A stretch of DNA of 64,000 bases from Eledone cirrhosa (Eukaryota). The translations under genes were made by a program, and so were the position numbers. Location of the stretch: contig OZ024764.1 in NCBI GenBank assembly GCA_964016885.1, positions 27,280,001-27,344,000 of the forward strand, in the 5' to 3' direction. The notes below the pieces were generated by a model, which searched no databases, had not been told where the DNA came from, and saw nothing but the letters and a program-made list of their open reading frames with translations. Below are positions 35,934 to 50,433 of the stretch, one piece after another (within the stretch, counting starts at the first letter, position 1; the number at the start of each line of letters is the position of its first letter).

Positions 35934-36946
35934 TGAAATGAGACAGAGAGAGCGAGATGAAACGAGAGAGAGAGAGAGCGAGATGAAATGAGAGAGTGAG
36001 TGCGAGATGAAATGAGAGAGAGTGAGAGCGACATGAAATGAGAGAGAGAGAGCGAGATGAAACGAGAGAGAGAGAGAGCGAGATGAAATGAGAGAGAGTC
36101 AGAGCGAGATGAAATGAGAGAGTGAGAGCGAGATGAAATGAGAGAGAGAGAGCGAGATGAAATGAGAGAGAGTGAGAGCGAGATGAAATGAGAGAGAGAG
36201 AGCGAGATGAAATGAGAGAGAGAGGAAACGAGACTAGAGAGCGAGATGAAACAGGAGAGAGAGAGCGAGATGAAACAGGAGAGAGAGAGCGAGATGAAAC
36301 AGGAGAGAGAGATCGAGATGAAACGAGAGGGAGAGAGAGATGAAATGAGAGAGCGAGAGAGAGATAGAGGGAGATGAAACGACAGAGAGAGAGACAGATG
36401 AAACGAGAGAGAGAAATAGAGATGAAACGAGAGAGAGTGATGAAACGAGAGAGAGGAAGAGAGAGATGGAACGAGAGAGAGGAAGAGAGAGATGGAACGA
36501 GAGAGAGGAAGACAGAGATGAAATGAGAGAGAGGAAGACAGAGATGAAACGAGAGAGAGAGAGAGCGAGATGAAACGAGAGAGAGAGAGCGCGAGATGAA
36601 ACTCTGTCATGTAATGTTATGGACATATCTGCCCCTGGGGCTAATAATTGTCATGTAATGTTATGGTCATCTCTGCCCCTGTGGTTAATAATTCTGTCAT
36701 GTAATGTTATGGTCATGTCTGCACCTGTGGCTAATAAATCTGTCATGTAATGTTATGGTCATCTCTGCCCCTGTGGCTAATAATTCTGTCATGTAATGTT
36801 ATGGACATCTCTGCCCCTGTGGCTAATAATTCTGACATGTAGTGTTATGGACATCTCTGCCCCGGTGGCTAATAATTCTGACATGTAATGTTATGGACAT
36901 CTCTGCCCCTGTGGCTAATAATTCTGACATGTAATGTTATGGACAT
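35240..36946 (+). repeat. Single monomer of the composite GA/46-bp satellite with an upstream simpler GA region
   Basis: GAGTTGAAAC(GA)n units 35250-35700, leader GATGAAACAAGTGAGGGATTAGAGTGTTGAAAC at ~35725, GAGATGAAAC body, 46-bp array 36604-36946. Confidence 0.95.
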
Positions 36947-36963
36947 TGCTATCTTGTTTCATC

Positions 36964-38138
36964 TCAAACAGCAAAGTGCAAGAAGAGAAAATTGTCGTGT
37001 ACAGAACTGTGAATTAAGATTTAGAAGAGGATCAGATATGAGCTGCTCTAATTTACCAACTAGTAATGATAGCTGTTGTTTTGTGGGGGATTGAGGGCAC
37101 ACCACCTGTACAAAGAGATATTATCATCTTTCCTAAAGACCATCCTCCTCAGAAAATACCACATAATGCATGCCACTTGGACCTCATGACCGACCGATAA
37201 TGGTGAATTTTGGTGGCATAGTGCCATGGAGAGGAATGTAGGACCTGTGTTTGCAATAGACTGACAATGCAGGAGTATTACATATACTGTATAGCATATA
37301 GAGGAGGATTTAGTGCGATATATAGGGCAGGTAAATTATTTTAGCAGTATTTAGTGGATGCCTATATGAAAGTAGAGGGATGCAGGCTTCAATATTTGAG
37401 GAACAATCAAGCCCAATTGTGAGTGGATGAGTATAATGGTTTAATGAATTATCTAAACAGATGATAACACTGAGCCTTAAAAAATGAAGACAAGATAAGA
37501 AACAGAGAAGACATTGACAGAATCGTGTCAGCAGAAATACCTGCATTGGAAGATGATCCAGTACTACATGAGCAGGTTTAAAAGTTTATGATCCACAGGC
37601 CATGTGGTTCTGGAAACCCTTTTCCCCCATTTATACAAAATGGATTTTTCAAAAAGAACTATCCAAAAACCTACAGAAGGGAAACATTATTGAACCTAAA
37701 TGGATACCCAGAGTACAGGAGGTGCAAGACAGGAACTGCAGTGTAAATTGGATGACATTCAGTAGATAACAGGAATGTTATGCCATTTAATGCCTTTTTG
37801 CTTAAGAAAGATTGTGCACATATTAATGTTGAAGTTTGCGCTTCTGTAAAAAGTGTCAAGTACCTCTTTAAATATGTTACATGGGGCATGATTGTACATC
37901 TATAGAAGTAACGAATAATGCATTACCTAATGAGGCTCAGAACCAACACAACCATGATGAAATAAGAACCTATCTTTGTTGCAGGTATGTGTCTCAGCCA
38001 GAAGCAGTGTCGTGTCTCTCGGAATTTAAGCTTCATGGTACATCACATACAGTATACAGCCTAGCCACACACCTGGAGAACAAACAGAGTTTACTTTCAA
38101 AGAGGCAATGCTCAGGTTGTGGTAGAAATGCAGGGACC
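36964..38138 (+). pseudogene. Helitron RepHel continuation after the insertion; Pif1 C-terminus deleted
   Basis: Resumes at TCAAACAGCAAAGTGCAAGAAG, exactly where the 34336 piece stopped; ends at GCAGGGACC|TAAACACAAT, a ~650-bp deletion relative to copy 2. Confidence 0.9.
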
Positions 38139-38485
38139 TAAACACAATAAAATGTCACCTGTGCTACCAAAACTACCACAGGAACTCTGTCGGCATCAGC
38201 AAGGCTCAAGCCGAAAGGCTTCAATACTAGACCTGTAATCAGGGCCACTTTACCTCCGACGACCAGCTTTCTACCGAGTGTGTGTTGATGGAGGGGACAT
38301 GGGACCAGCAAAGTCCTAGGAGTAGAGACTAGTAAATAATAAACGGTCCTAGCTATGTTAAGAATATATATAAGAAAAATGTTCTATACATTTAAGAAGA
38401 CAAGAGAAATAAATATTTACCTCTTTCATGTAGGTAATATAGCGGTGTTATAAAAGTATAATAACTGATGCAGGTAGTTTGTTTC

Positions 38486-38743
38486 AAACTATAACACATA
38501 TAACTCTATCAGTGAAGCCCTTTAGTATAGGTCAACTGGGAAACTATAACACATATAACCCTATCAGTGAAGCCCTCTGGGAAACTATAACACATATAAC
38601 TCTATCAGTGAAGCCCTTTAGTATAGGTCAACTGGGAAACTATAACACATATAACCCTATCAGTGAAGTCCTTTAGTATAGGTCAACTGGGAAATTATAA
38701 CACATATAACCCTATCAGTGAAGTCCTTTAGTATAGGTCAACT
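38486..38743 (+). repeat. 55-bp minisatellite (~5 units)
   Basis: Same unit and 41-bp variant as 23892-24315. Confidence 0.95.
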
Positions 38744-41263
38744 AACAGAAGTATTACGGGTATGGAAAAAATTCTAAATAAGCCTACAACAGTCATTGCG
38801 GGCCACTCTGACTGGTCAGGTGGGCTCGATTGTGGCCCGCGGGCCGCCTGTTGCACGCCCCTCCTTTAGACAGAATATCTATCACTGTTAAGTAATACTG
38901 TGATCTGTCGGCTAACTACATTTTCCAGCCTGTGGCGTTTGGGGCAGTCGGGATACTGACTGCGAGATTCCTATCTTCACTGGCGGCTAGCCTGACGAAG
39001 GTGACTGGTGAAGCTCGTGAGGGCACTTGGTTGTTCCAGCTCCTCAGCCTCGCCATCGCCCGGGGTAACGCTGCAGACGTGCTGGCTTGCCTAAAAAATC
39101 ATTAGAGAGGTTTCCCAGTGCTCCTCGCGATACTGTTATCTTTTGCTCTAGTAGCAGCTCGTTTGTCCACCCCTTTCGCCTGCCTTTGGTTGTATGTCGT
39201 CCTAGATGTGTGTATTACCTGCTTGTGTGTTGTATGTGGTCCTAGATGTGTGTATTGCCTGCTTATGTGGTCCTAGATGTATGTATTACCTGCTGGTGTG
39301 TTGTATGTGGTCCCAGATGTGTGGATTACCTGTTTTTGTGTTGTATGTGGTCCCAAATGTGTGTGCTACCCGCTTCTGTGATTTGTTGTTTCTTCTTTCT
39401 CTCTTCCGAGAAACAATCCTGTATTTTTTTAATCTATTCCATGCGTTAAGTAATTAGCAGCAACAACAAACTGATTTTCAGTTGTAAAAAGAATCTTTAA
39501 ACCTTCACCATTTACATTAACACATACCATACGTTGTCCCAGCCACAAATAAACAGTAAAAAAAACTTACTTTGCGGTTAAATTCTTCACAATTAAAAGA
39601 AAAATATTTCTAACACGTTTCTAGACAACACCAAGTTTACACCTTCAATATCCGGTAAAAGTAAAAACATATTCTGGAGACATTTAACGAAACGAAACTA
39701 TGTAAAGAAAAACGAAAATTAAACGAAGACAAATAGTAAATTTTAATTTTTATTAAATAAAATACCAGTAATTCACTGCAGTAGATTTAATCAACTTTAC
39801 TCTCTCTGCACGAAAGAAGAAAAAAATTCCTGACTTAGTGCTTAATATATAGAGAGGGGGAGAGTTTGGTGTTACTTCATATAGAGAGGGGTATTGGAAG
39901 AGAGTGCCGTGTAGTAGATATAGAGAGGGAGAGAGTGTGTGCTAATTGATATAAAGAGGGGGATTTGCACCCCCCCCCCCGCCTAGAAAAATTCTGAAAT
40001 GCTTCGACCTCCCTGTACATATATATATATATATAGTATACACACACAGACATATATATAGTAAATAAATGTGTGTGTGTATCAGTGGTCCCCAAACTTT
40101 TCTGTTCCACACCCCTCCTCTAAAATATGTTTATGTTCCCCTTTAATATAAAAACAATCCGAGTATTCTGAAAGTATTATTACTGTAATATAAAGTAGAA
40201 ACCCTTTATTTAAACAAAGCTACGATGCAGCGATGATCAAAACAAACTTCTCGTAGGTGCTGCCAAGCGGGGAAAAGTGGATGTATAATGATGATGATAT
40301 ATATATATATGCCCCACCCTTGCAAACAGGGAAAAGCAGACGTAAAATGAAAATGATGATATATATATATAGATATGTATATATATATATTTATACTTAT
40401 ACGTCATGGTGGCTACAGGTGCCAAGAGGAAGAAGCCGGTCAAATCCTCTGATATTTGTTTATCTTCCTTTCCTTTGTATATATATATATAGTATGTGTG
40501 TGTGTGTATGAAGATGTATGACCCCTAGCAAGCCAAACTACAGTTACTCCCCAACATGGAGAGCAAATTAAAACATTACCTGTTAGAGACGAACGTGAAA
40601 TGATTTGTTAGTGAACTACCGGTGTCACAGTAATTATGTTACCGGTGTAACTATTTCTGTTTACCTTATTTTTAAATGACACTCCTATATTAGTTTAGTG
40701 ACCTTTCAATTCAAATAAATTCTTGATGATGATTGAACTCGCATCGGAGTAGCCCAACGCCTTGGCCTCCGCGTGTGTGAGCCACATAAATGCTCTCAAC
40801 GACATAGTGAGAAGAAGCCTGGACGCAGCTGAATTTCCATCTCAACTGGAGTCAGCAGGCTTAGGCCGCGGAGATGGCAAGCACCCCGAGGGAATCACCC
40901 TCTTCCCATTCGAAGGAGGTAGATCCACAAACCCCAGCATCGCTGCCCGTCTCGCAGATGAACATAAAATAAACAAATTCCGGTGTTTGTCCTGGAGCCT
41001 CTTCTAAGCACCAGCCGCCGTCGAGACCCCGGGCCAACTTGGACCCATTACAGCCGAGCTCCTCCGCAACATCGCAGTGTCTGTGGCCCGTCTGAGGATG
41101 GAGTCCCACGAGGTTGGATGCCTGTTGCAGCAGGTGTTACTGTCCTTACATATATATACGTAAATGTTCCCTTGACTGCTATTTCTAGCATATATTAATA
41201 GACACTTTAGAAACAGCAGCTAAAAATCAAGAAACAACAGTGTGTGTCTGTATATATATACAC

Positions 41264-41322
<59 letters not shown>

Positions 41323-41409
41323 AGCCAAAGACACGCACACACGAACATACACATACACACAGGTGTATGTCTGCGTGTATGTATATATATGTGTGTGTCT
41401 TTTCGTCTT

Positions 41410-41493
<84 letters not shown>

Positions 41494-41630
41494 GTCAGTG
41501 ATCCCCCTCGCAACCTTTAATTAAACAAACCTGCGATGAGGCGATGATCAAAATAAACACCAAAGTATAAACAAACAGCCCATAGGTGCTGCCGGATACA
41601 CGATAACATGTGTAGACGAAGTAAAACTTT

Positions 41631-42839
41631 TATTACTGTAATATAAAGTAGAAACCCTTTATTTAAACAAAGCTGCGATGCAGCGATGATCAAAACAAAC
41701 TTCAAATAACATGTGTATACGAAGTGTATCTGGAAGCTTGGTCGTATTATATGACTTTCAAATTGACCCCTATTATATTCAAATTATCCCCTGTGGGGCG
41801 TGCACCCCACGTTGAGAATCCCTCATAAATAAATATATGTGAGTGTGTTGCTATGACTGCTATTTCTAGCAGGTTTACTGCAGTCCTGTAGACGCACAAC
41901 AAAAACCGGAAGTGGCAGCCATTAAAAAACTTTGGCTTAAAATCAGGCAAAAGTTTTTTAACAATTTGCCAAGAAAGATAACTCTTGTCTTACTTAATCG
42001 CAAAAATCGAGGCAAAAATTTTGTGGGTGTACAGTTTGTTTGGTGTATTTGACTGCTATTTCTAGCATGTATGGACACTTTAGAAATAGCAGCGAAAAAC
42101 GGAAAACAGCAGAAAGAAGGACACACACCTATATATATATATATATATACCAGCTATACACTCACCCATACATATATATATATACCAGCTATACACACAC
42201 CCATATCTACGTATAGGTGTGTGTGCGCGCGTGTATGTATATATAAATATATATATTTAAATGTATATATCTGTGCATATATATATGTATATATATATAC
42301 GTGTGTGTCCTTCTTTCTTATGTTTCCCGTGTTTCGCTGCTATTTCTAAAGTGTCCATATATGCTAGAAATAGCAGTCAAATACACCAAACAAACTGCAC
42401 ACCCGCAAAATTTTTTGCCTCGATTTTTGCGATTAAGTAAGACAAGAGTTATCTTTCTTGGCAAATTGTTAAAAAACTTTTGCCTGATTTTAAGCCAAAG
42501 TTTTTTAATGGCTTCCACTTCCGGTTTTTGTTGTGCGTCTACAGGACTGCAGTAAACCTGCTAGAAATAGCAGTCATAGCAACACACTCACATATATTTA
42601 TTTATGAGGGATTCTCAACGTGGGGTGCACGCCCCACAGGGGATAATTTGAATATAATAGGGGTCAATTTGAAAGTCATATAATACGACCCAACTCCCTG
42701 TTACACTTCGTATACACATGTTATCGTGTATCTGGCAGCACCTGCGAGAAGTTTGTTTACATTTTGGGGTTTGCTTTGATGATCGCTGCATCTCAGCTTT
42801 GTTTAAATAAAGGGTTTCTACTTTATATTACAGTAATAA
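41631..42839. repeat. Long inverted repeat, ~480-bp arms around a TA/CA microsatellite spacer
   Basis: 41631-~42115 is largely the reverse complement of ~42325-42839; paralogue of 27139-28781. Confidence 0.9.
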
Positions 42840-44913
42840 CACTTTTACAAGACTCGGATTGTTTTTATATTAAAGGGGGACATGTTTTTTAAACTCTGAA
42901 CTCAGCATCTTTCTGTTGTTCTCCGGGATTCTAGCAAAGTATAAAAAAAAATATATATATATAGATATATATATATATATCTGGCAGTCAACCTCAGACT
43001 CGAAAAAGCCGCCGCTAATCGTGATCGTTGGGGTTATAATTCGACTAAAGTGCTTCCACTGGGCACCATTAGCTGGTTGTGATCATTGGAGAATTCTTTC
43101 TGCGCTGAAAGAGCCTAGGACTAAAAGATATATATATAGATGTCGAAACGGCAGTAGCACAGCCGTTGGGGTCCTGAATATTTTCACATCTATATATGTG
43201 TGTGTATTCTGCGACATTTATAATTACATAAGCAAGCATATTTGAATAACAAAATTTGAGGTTTAAATACTTTATTTTTTACCAATAACATAGAGAAAGG
43301 CATGAACAACACCACATGTTAATTACTTTAATATTGAAAGTAGGCTTATAAATATTAAAAAAGCAGATGTTTGTATCTTTAATGGTGGTCTGGTGGGTGA
43401 TACCAGAGATGGTGGTAGTCATGGTTTCGGTTTCAATCCTGGTCATGGGTTACATATAAGGTCTCATTTTTCTTTCTTTCAGTTTTCTTCTTATCTCTAG
43501 ATATAAATATATATACATAAGGTATATTTGGTAGAATTGTTAGAACATCAGATAGAATTCTTTGCAGTATTTTTCCAGTTCTTTACTCTGAGTTCAACTT
43601 TACCTTTCTTCCATTCGGTGTCGATAAGTCTTGAATATGTCTAACGTAGCAATAACTGGAGCTACTTAACCAAGTTTTCCCAACCTAGTCGATGTCACCT
43701 ACTGGTTGGCGATTTAAACTGTTGGCTGGGACAATGACCAACTAATCAGTCAGATTCCAACTCACTATGTCTGGCATATATTTTATATTTTATATTTGAA
43801 TGAAGTTCTGTAAGTAACCTGGTGGCTTAGATGGCAATACTGCTCGAATAGATGGCTTCTATTATGAAGTTATAAGTTCATTCCCTATCCAGGATTGTAG
43901 AATTAATTTTATTTAGTTATTATTTAATCAATTGTTTTAACAAACAAATTATATCTATAAAACGCCAAATATAGTGAGTTCAAATCTGACTGACATGCAT
44001 GGTATATATTTATGTTTCATTATACAGCGACACAATACACAGGAACTTATAAAGATATGTATATATTGTCCAGGAGTTTCGAGTTTAGTGGGAATTGGTA
44101 CAACTCTCAATTGGAGCTAGTCCCTGCAAGATCAGCATAAATAATGTTATACCTTTTCATGAAATCTTGCACACCCGATATTTTATACATGATTATTTAA
44201 AGGTGAACAAAAACCAAAGAACATTGTGCAGCATTTCTCAACCTTTCTACCCATGTCGATCTCTTGAAATAGTTTTTATGTCTCAGGTAAGCCCTGCATA
44301 AAATATACTTTTTCTATCTCTAGAGCAGTGGTTCCCAAATCGTGTGCTGCGAGATGAAACAAGATGAGCTGCAAAAGACTAAGATTAAGTTTTAAGATGT
44401 GAAAAATATAAAACTGAAATTTCATATAATAGTTCAAATATAGCTACAGCCACAAACCTAGGCTCCACACCCCGCAATGCAGAGGATAGTAAGATAGTAC
44501 CAAGGCCTGACTCACCTCTTCCACTCCATTGAGACCTCTGCCATACTTGGTCCCTGTACTGCTGATTTCCTCCATAAAGTCGGGAGGAAAGACAACAGAA
44601 GCCTCATGAGGAGGGGCAACTATTGTAGCAGGTGTCTCTGGCCTTGTTCCGAGGTAACGCTTTTACGTTTCTTCCACAGGTTGCGGCTGAGGGACCACTT
44701 AGACTGGGGTGAAGTGTCTGTCCCTCCCCCGACTTCTTACTTCTTTTTATTTCTCATTTTCATTTTCTTTTCTCTTCTTGCTTATCTCTGCTATACCACG
44801 GCATCAAAAACATATATAATATGTGTATGTATGGTATAGGTGTATTTATATTTAGGATAGTTATCAAAGGTAAATAGACTGGTTGGAGCAATAACAGTCT
44901 TGTTTATGTATAT

Positions 44914-44982
<69 letters not shown>

Positions 44983-45355
44983 TGTTCTTGTATTTCCATA
45001 GAAAAGGTAAAGAAAAGAAGAATGCTATATATATTGTACAGAGCTATTTAATTACATAATAAACAACAGAATATAATTATTCCATGCAAATAGACTTAGA
45101 CTGGAAAACATTCAGACAGAGAAGAATGGATAATGAGCGTCGTAAGAGAAATTGCCAACAATTAATATTAATGGAAATGTAGAAGAATTTCATATTAGTG
45201 ATATGAATGTTTCGTGTGATCACTGTGGAGCTTTGAAATTTAGAAATGAAAATTGTAACTGTTGTAATAAAGGAAAGGTTATGTTGCCATCATTGCAAAT
45301 ATACCCTGAGAGACTGAGAAATCTCTTTGAAAGAGATTTCTCAGTCTCTCAGGGT

Positions 45356-46155
45356 ATATATTCCCGCCGGTGAAATAAAAATTTTAATAGAAAAACGGCG
45401 GGAATATATGTTACAACCCAACCTACATATTTTTGGGTTGTAACATATATTCCCGCCGTTGAAATAAATATTTTAATAGAAAAACGGCGGGAATATATGT
45501 TACAACCCAATCTATATATATTTGAGTTGTAACATATATTCCCGCCGTTGAAATAAAAATTTTAATAGAAAAACGGCGGGAATATATGTTACAACGCAAT
45601 CTATATATATTTGGGTTGTAACATATATTCCCGCCGTTGAAATAAAAATTTTAATAGAAAAACGGCGGGAATATATGTTACAACCCAACCTATATATGTT
45701 TGGGTTGTAATATATATTCCCGCCGTTTTTCTGTTAAAATTTTTATTTCAACGGCGGGAATATATGTTACAACCCAAATATATGTAGATTGGGTTGTAAC
45801 ATATATTCCCGCCGTTTTTCTATTAAAATTTTTATTTCGACGGCGGGAATATATGTTACAACCCAAATATATATAGATTGCGTTGTAACATATATTCCCG
45901 CCGTTTTTCTATTAAAATTTTTATTTCAACGGCGGGATTATATGTTACAACCCAAATATATGTAGATTGGATCGTAACATATATTCCCGCCGTTTTTCTA
46001 TTAAAATTTTTATTTCAACGGCGGGAATATATGTTACAACTCAAATATATATAGATTGGGTTGTAACATATATTCCCGCCGTTTTTCTATTAAAATTTTT
46101 ATTTCACCGGCGGGAATATGTTACAACCCAAATATATATATATTGAGTTGTAACA
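45356..46155. repeat. 89-bp double-hairpin array (4 forward + 5 reverse units)
   Basis: Same unit as 31252-31962; polarity switches at ~45700. Confidence 0.95.
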
Positions 46156-47630
46156 TGGGTTACATATAAGGTCTCATTTTTTTTCTTTTCTTTCTTTCAG
46201 TTTTCTTCTTATCTCTAGATATAAATATATACACATGAGGTAACTTGGTAGAATTGTTAGAACATCAGATAGAATTCTTTGCAGTATTTTTCCAGTTCTT
46301 TACTCTGAGTTCAACTTTACCTTTCTTCCATTCAGTGTCGATAAGTCTTGGATATGTCTAACGTAGCAATAACTGGAGCTACTTAACCAAGTTTTGCCAA
46401 CCTAGTCGATGTCACCTACTGGTTGGCGATTTAAACTGTTGGCTGGGACAATGACCAACTAATCAGTCAGATTCGAACTCACTATGTCTGGCATATATTT
46501 TATATTTTATATTTGATTGAAGTCCTGTAAGTAACCTGGTGGCTTAGATGGCAATACTGCTCGAATAGATGGCTTCTATTATGCAGTTATAAGTTCATTC
46601 CCTATCCAGGATTGTAGAATTAATTTTATTTAGTTATTATTTAATCAATTGTTTTAACAAACAAATTATATCTATAAAACGCCAAATATAGTGAGTTCAA
46701 ATCTGACTGACATGCATGGTATATATTTATGTTTCATTATACAGCGACACAATACACAGGAACTTATAAAGATATGTATATATTGTCCAGGAGTTTCGAG
46801 TTTAGTGGGAATTGGTACAACTCTCAATTGGAGCTAGTCCCTGCAAGATCAGCATAAATAATGTTATACCTTTTCATGAAATCTTGCACACCCGATATTT
46901 TATACATGATTATTTAAAGGTGAACAAAAACCAAAGAACATTGTGCAGCATTTCTCAACCTTTCTACCCATGTCGATCTCTTGAAATAGTTTTTATGTCT
47001 CAGGGAAGCCCTGCATAAAATATACTTTTTCTATCTCTAGAGCAGTGGTTCCCAAATCGTGTGCTGCGAGATGAAACAAGATGAGCTGCAAAAGACTAAG
47101 ATTAAGTTTTAAGATGTGAAAAATATAAAACTGAAATTTCATATAAAAGTTCAAATATAGCTACAGCCACAAACCTAGGCTCCACACCCCGCAATGCAAA
47201 GGATAGTAAGATAGTACCAAGGCCTGACTCACCTCTTCCACTCCATTGAGACCTCTGCCATACTTGGTCCCTGTACTGCTGATTTCCTCCATAAAGTCGG
47301 GAGGAAAGACAACAGGAGCCTCATGAGGAGGGGCGACTATTGTAGCAGGTGTCTCTGGCCTTGCTCCGAGGTAACGCTTTTACGTTTCTTCCACAGGTTG
47401 CGGCTGAGGGACCACTTAGACTGGGGTGAAGTGTCTGTCCCTCCCCCGACTTCTTACTTCTTTTTTTTTCTCATTTTCATTTTCTTTTCTCTTCTTGCTT
47501 ATCTCTGCTATACCACGGCATCAAAAACATATATAATATGTGTATGTATGGTATAGGTGTATTTATATTTAGGATAGTTATCAAAGGTAAATAGACTGGT
47601 TGGAGCAATAACAGTCTTGTTTATGTATAT

Positions 47631-47673
<43 letters not shown>

Positions 47674-48046
47674 TGTTCTTGTATTTCCATAGAAAAGGTA
47701 AAGAAAAGAAGAATGCTATATATATTGTACAGAGCTATTTAATTACATAATAAACAACAGAATATAATTATTCCATGCAAATAGACTTAGACTGGAAAAC
47801 ATTCAGACAGAGAAGAATGGATAAGGAGCGTCGTAAGAGAAATTGCCAACAATTAATATTAATGGAAATGTAGAAGGATTTCATATTAGTGATATGAATG
47901 TTTCGTGTGATCACTGTGGAGCTTTGAAATTTAGAAATGAAAATTGTAACTGTTGTAATAAAGGAAAGGTTATGTTGCCACCATTGCAAATATACCCTGA
48001 GAGACTGAGAAATCTCTTTGAAAGAGATTTCTCAGTCTCTCAGGGT

Positions 48047-48846
48047 ATATATTCCCGCCGGTGAAATAAAAATTTTAATAGAAAAACGGCGGGAATATAT
48101 GTTACAACCCAACCTACATATTTTTGGGCTGTAACATATATTCCCGCCGTTGAAATAAATATTTTAATAGAAAAACGGCGAGAATATATGTTACAACCCA
48201 ATCTATATATATTTGAGTTGTAACATATATTCCCGCCGTTGAAATAAAAATTTTAATAGAAAAACGGCGGGAATATATGTTACAACGCAATCTATATATA
48301 TTTGGGTTGTAACATATATTCCCGCCGTTGAAATAAAAATTTTAATAGAAAAACGGCGGGAATATATGTTACAACCCAACCTACATATGTTTGGGTTATA
48401 ATATATATTCCCGCCGTTTTTCTGTTAAAATTTTTATTTCAACGGCGGGAATATATGTTACAACCCAAATATATGTAGATTGGGTTGTAACATATATTCC
48501 CGCCGTTTTTCTATTAAAATTTTTATTTCGACGGCGGGAATATATGTTACAACCCAAATATATATAGATTGCGTTGTAACATATATTCCCGCCGTTTTTC
48601 TATTAAAATTTTTATTTCAACGGCGGGAATATATGTTACAACCCAAATATATGTACATTGGATTGTAACATATATTCCCGCCGTTTTTCTATTCAAATTT
48701 TTATTTCAACGGCGGGAATATATGTTACAACTCAAATATATATAGATTGGGTTGTAACATATATTCCCGCCGTTTTTCTATTAAAATTTTTATTTCACCG
48801 GCGGGAATATGTTACAACCCAAATATATATATATTGAGTTGTAACA
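48047..48846. repeat. 89-bp double-hairpin array (4 forward + 5 reverse units)
   Basis: Near-identical to 45356-46155. Confidence 0.95.
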
Positions 48847-50433
48847 TGGGTTACATATAAGGTCTCATTTTTTTTCTTTTCTTTCTTTCAGTTTTCTTCT
48901 TATCTCTAGATATAAATATATATACATGAGGTAACTTGGTAGAATTGTTAGAACATCAGATAGAATTCTTTGCAGTATTTTTCCAGTTCTTTACTCTGAG
49001 TTCAACTTTACCTTTCTTCCATTCAGTGTCGATAAGTCTTGAATATGTCTAACGTAGCAATAACTGGAGCTACTTAACCAAGTTTTCCCAACCTAGTCGA
49101 TGTCACCTACTGGTTGGCGATTTAAACTGTTGGCTGGGACAATGACCAACTAATCAGTCAGATTCGAACTCACTATGTCTGGCATATATTTTATATTTTA
49201 TATTTGAATGAAGTTCTGTAAGTAACCTGGTGGCTTAGATGGCAATACTGCTCGAATAGATGGCTTCTATTATGAAGTTATAAGTTCATTCCCTATCCAG
49301 GATTGTAGAATTAATTTTATTTAGTTATTATTTAATCAATTGTTTTAACAAACAAATTCTGTCTATAAAACGCCAAATATAGTGAGTTCAAATCTGACTG
49401 ACATGCATGGTATATATTTATGTTTCATTATACAGCGACACAATACACAGGAACTTATAAAGATATGTATATATTGTCCAGGAGTTTCGAGTTTAGTGGG
49501 AATTGGTACAACTCTCAATTGGAGCTAGTCCCTGCAAGACCAGCATAAATAATGTTATACCTTTTCATGAAATCTTGCACACCCGATATTTTATACATGA
49601 TTATTTAAAGGTGAACAAAAACCAAAGAACATTGTGCAGCATTTCTCAACCTTTCTACCCATGTCGATCTCTTGAAATAGTTTTTATGTCTCAGGGAAGC
49701 CCTGCATAAAATATACTTTTTCTATCTCTAGAGCAGTGGTTCCCGAATCGTGTGCTGCGAGATGAAACAAGATGAGCTGCAAAAGACTAAGATTAAGTTT
49801 TATGATGTGAAAAATGTAAAGCTGAAATTTCATATAAAAGTTCAAATATAGCTACAGCCACAAACCTAGGCTCCACACCCCGCAATGCAGAGGATAGTAA
49901 GATAGTACCAAGGCCTGACTCACCTCTTCCACTCCATTGAGACCTCTGCCATACTTGGTCCCTGTACTGCTGATTTCCTCCATAAAGTCGGGAGGAAAGA
50001 TGACAGGAGCCTCATGAGGAGGGGCGACTATTGTAGCAGGTGTCTCTGGCCTTGCTCCGAGGTAACGCTTTTACGTTTCTTCCACAGGTTGCGGCTGAGG
50101 GACCACTTAGACTGGGGTGAAGTGTCTGTCCCTCCCCCGACTTCTTACTTCTTTTTTTTTCTCCTTTTCATTTTCTTTTCTCTTCTTGCTTATCTCTGCT
50201 ATACCACGGCATCAAAAACATATATGATATATGTATGTATGGTATAGGTGTATTTATATTTAGGATAGTTATCAAAGGTAAATAGACTGGTTGGAGCAAT
50301 AACAGTCTTGTTTATGTATATACATATATATATATATTTATATGTTTGTACTTGTATTTCCATAGAAAAGGTAAAGAAAAGAAGAGTGCTCTATGTATTG
50401 TACAGAGCTATTTAATTACATAATAAACAACAG

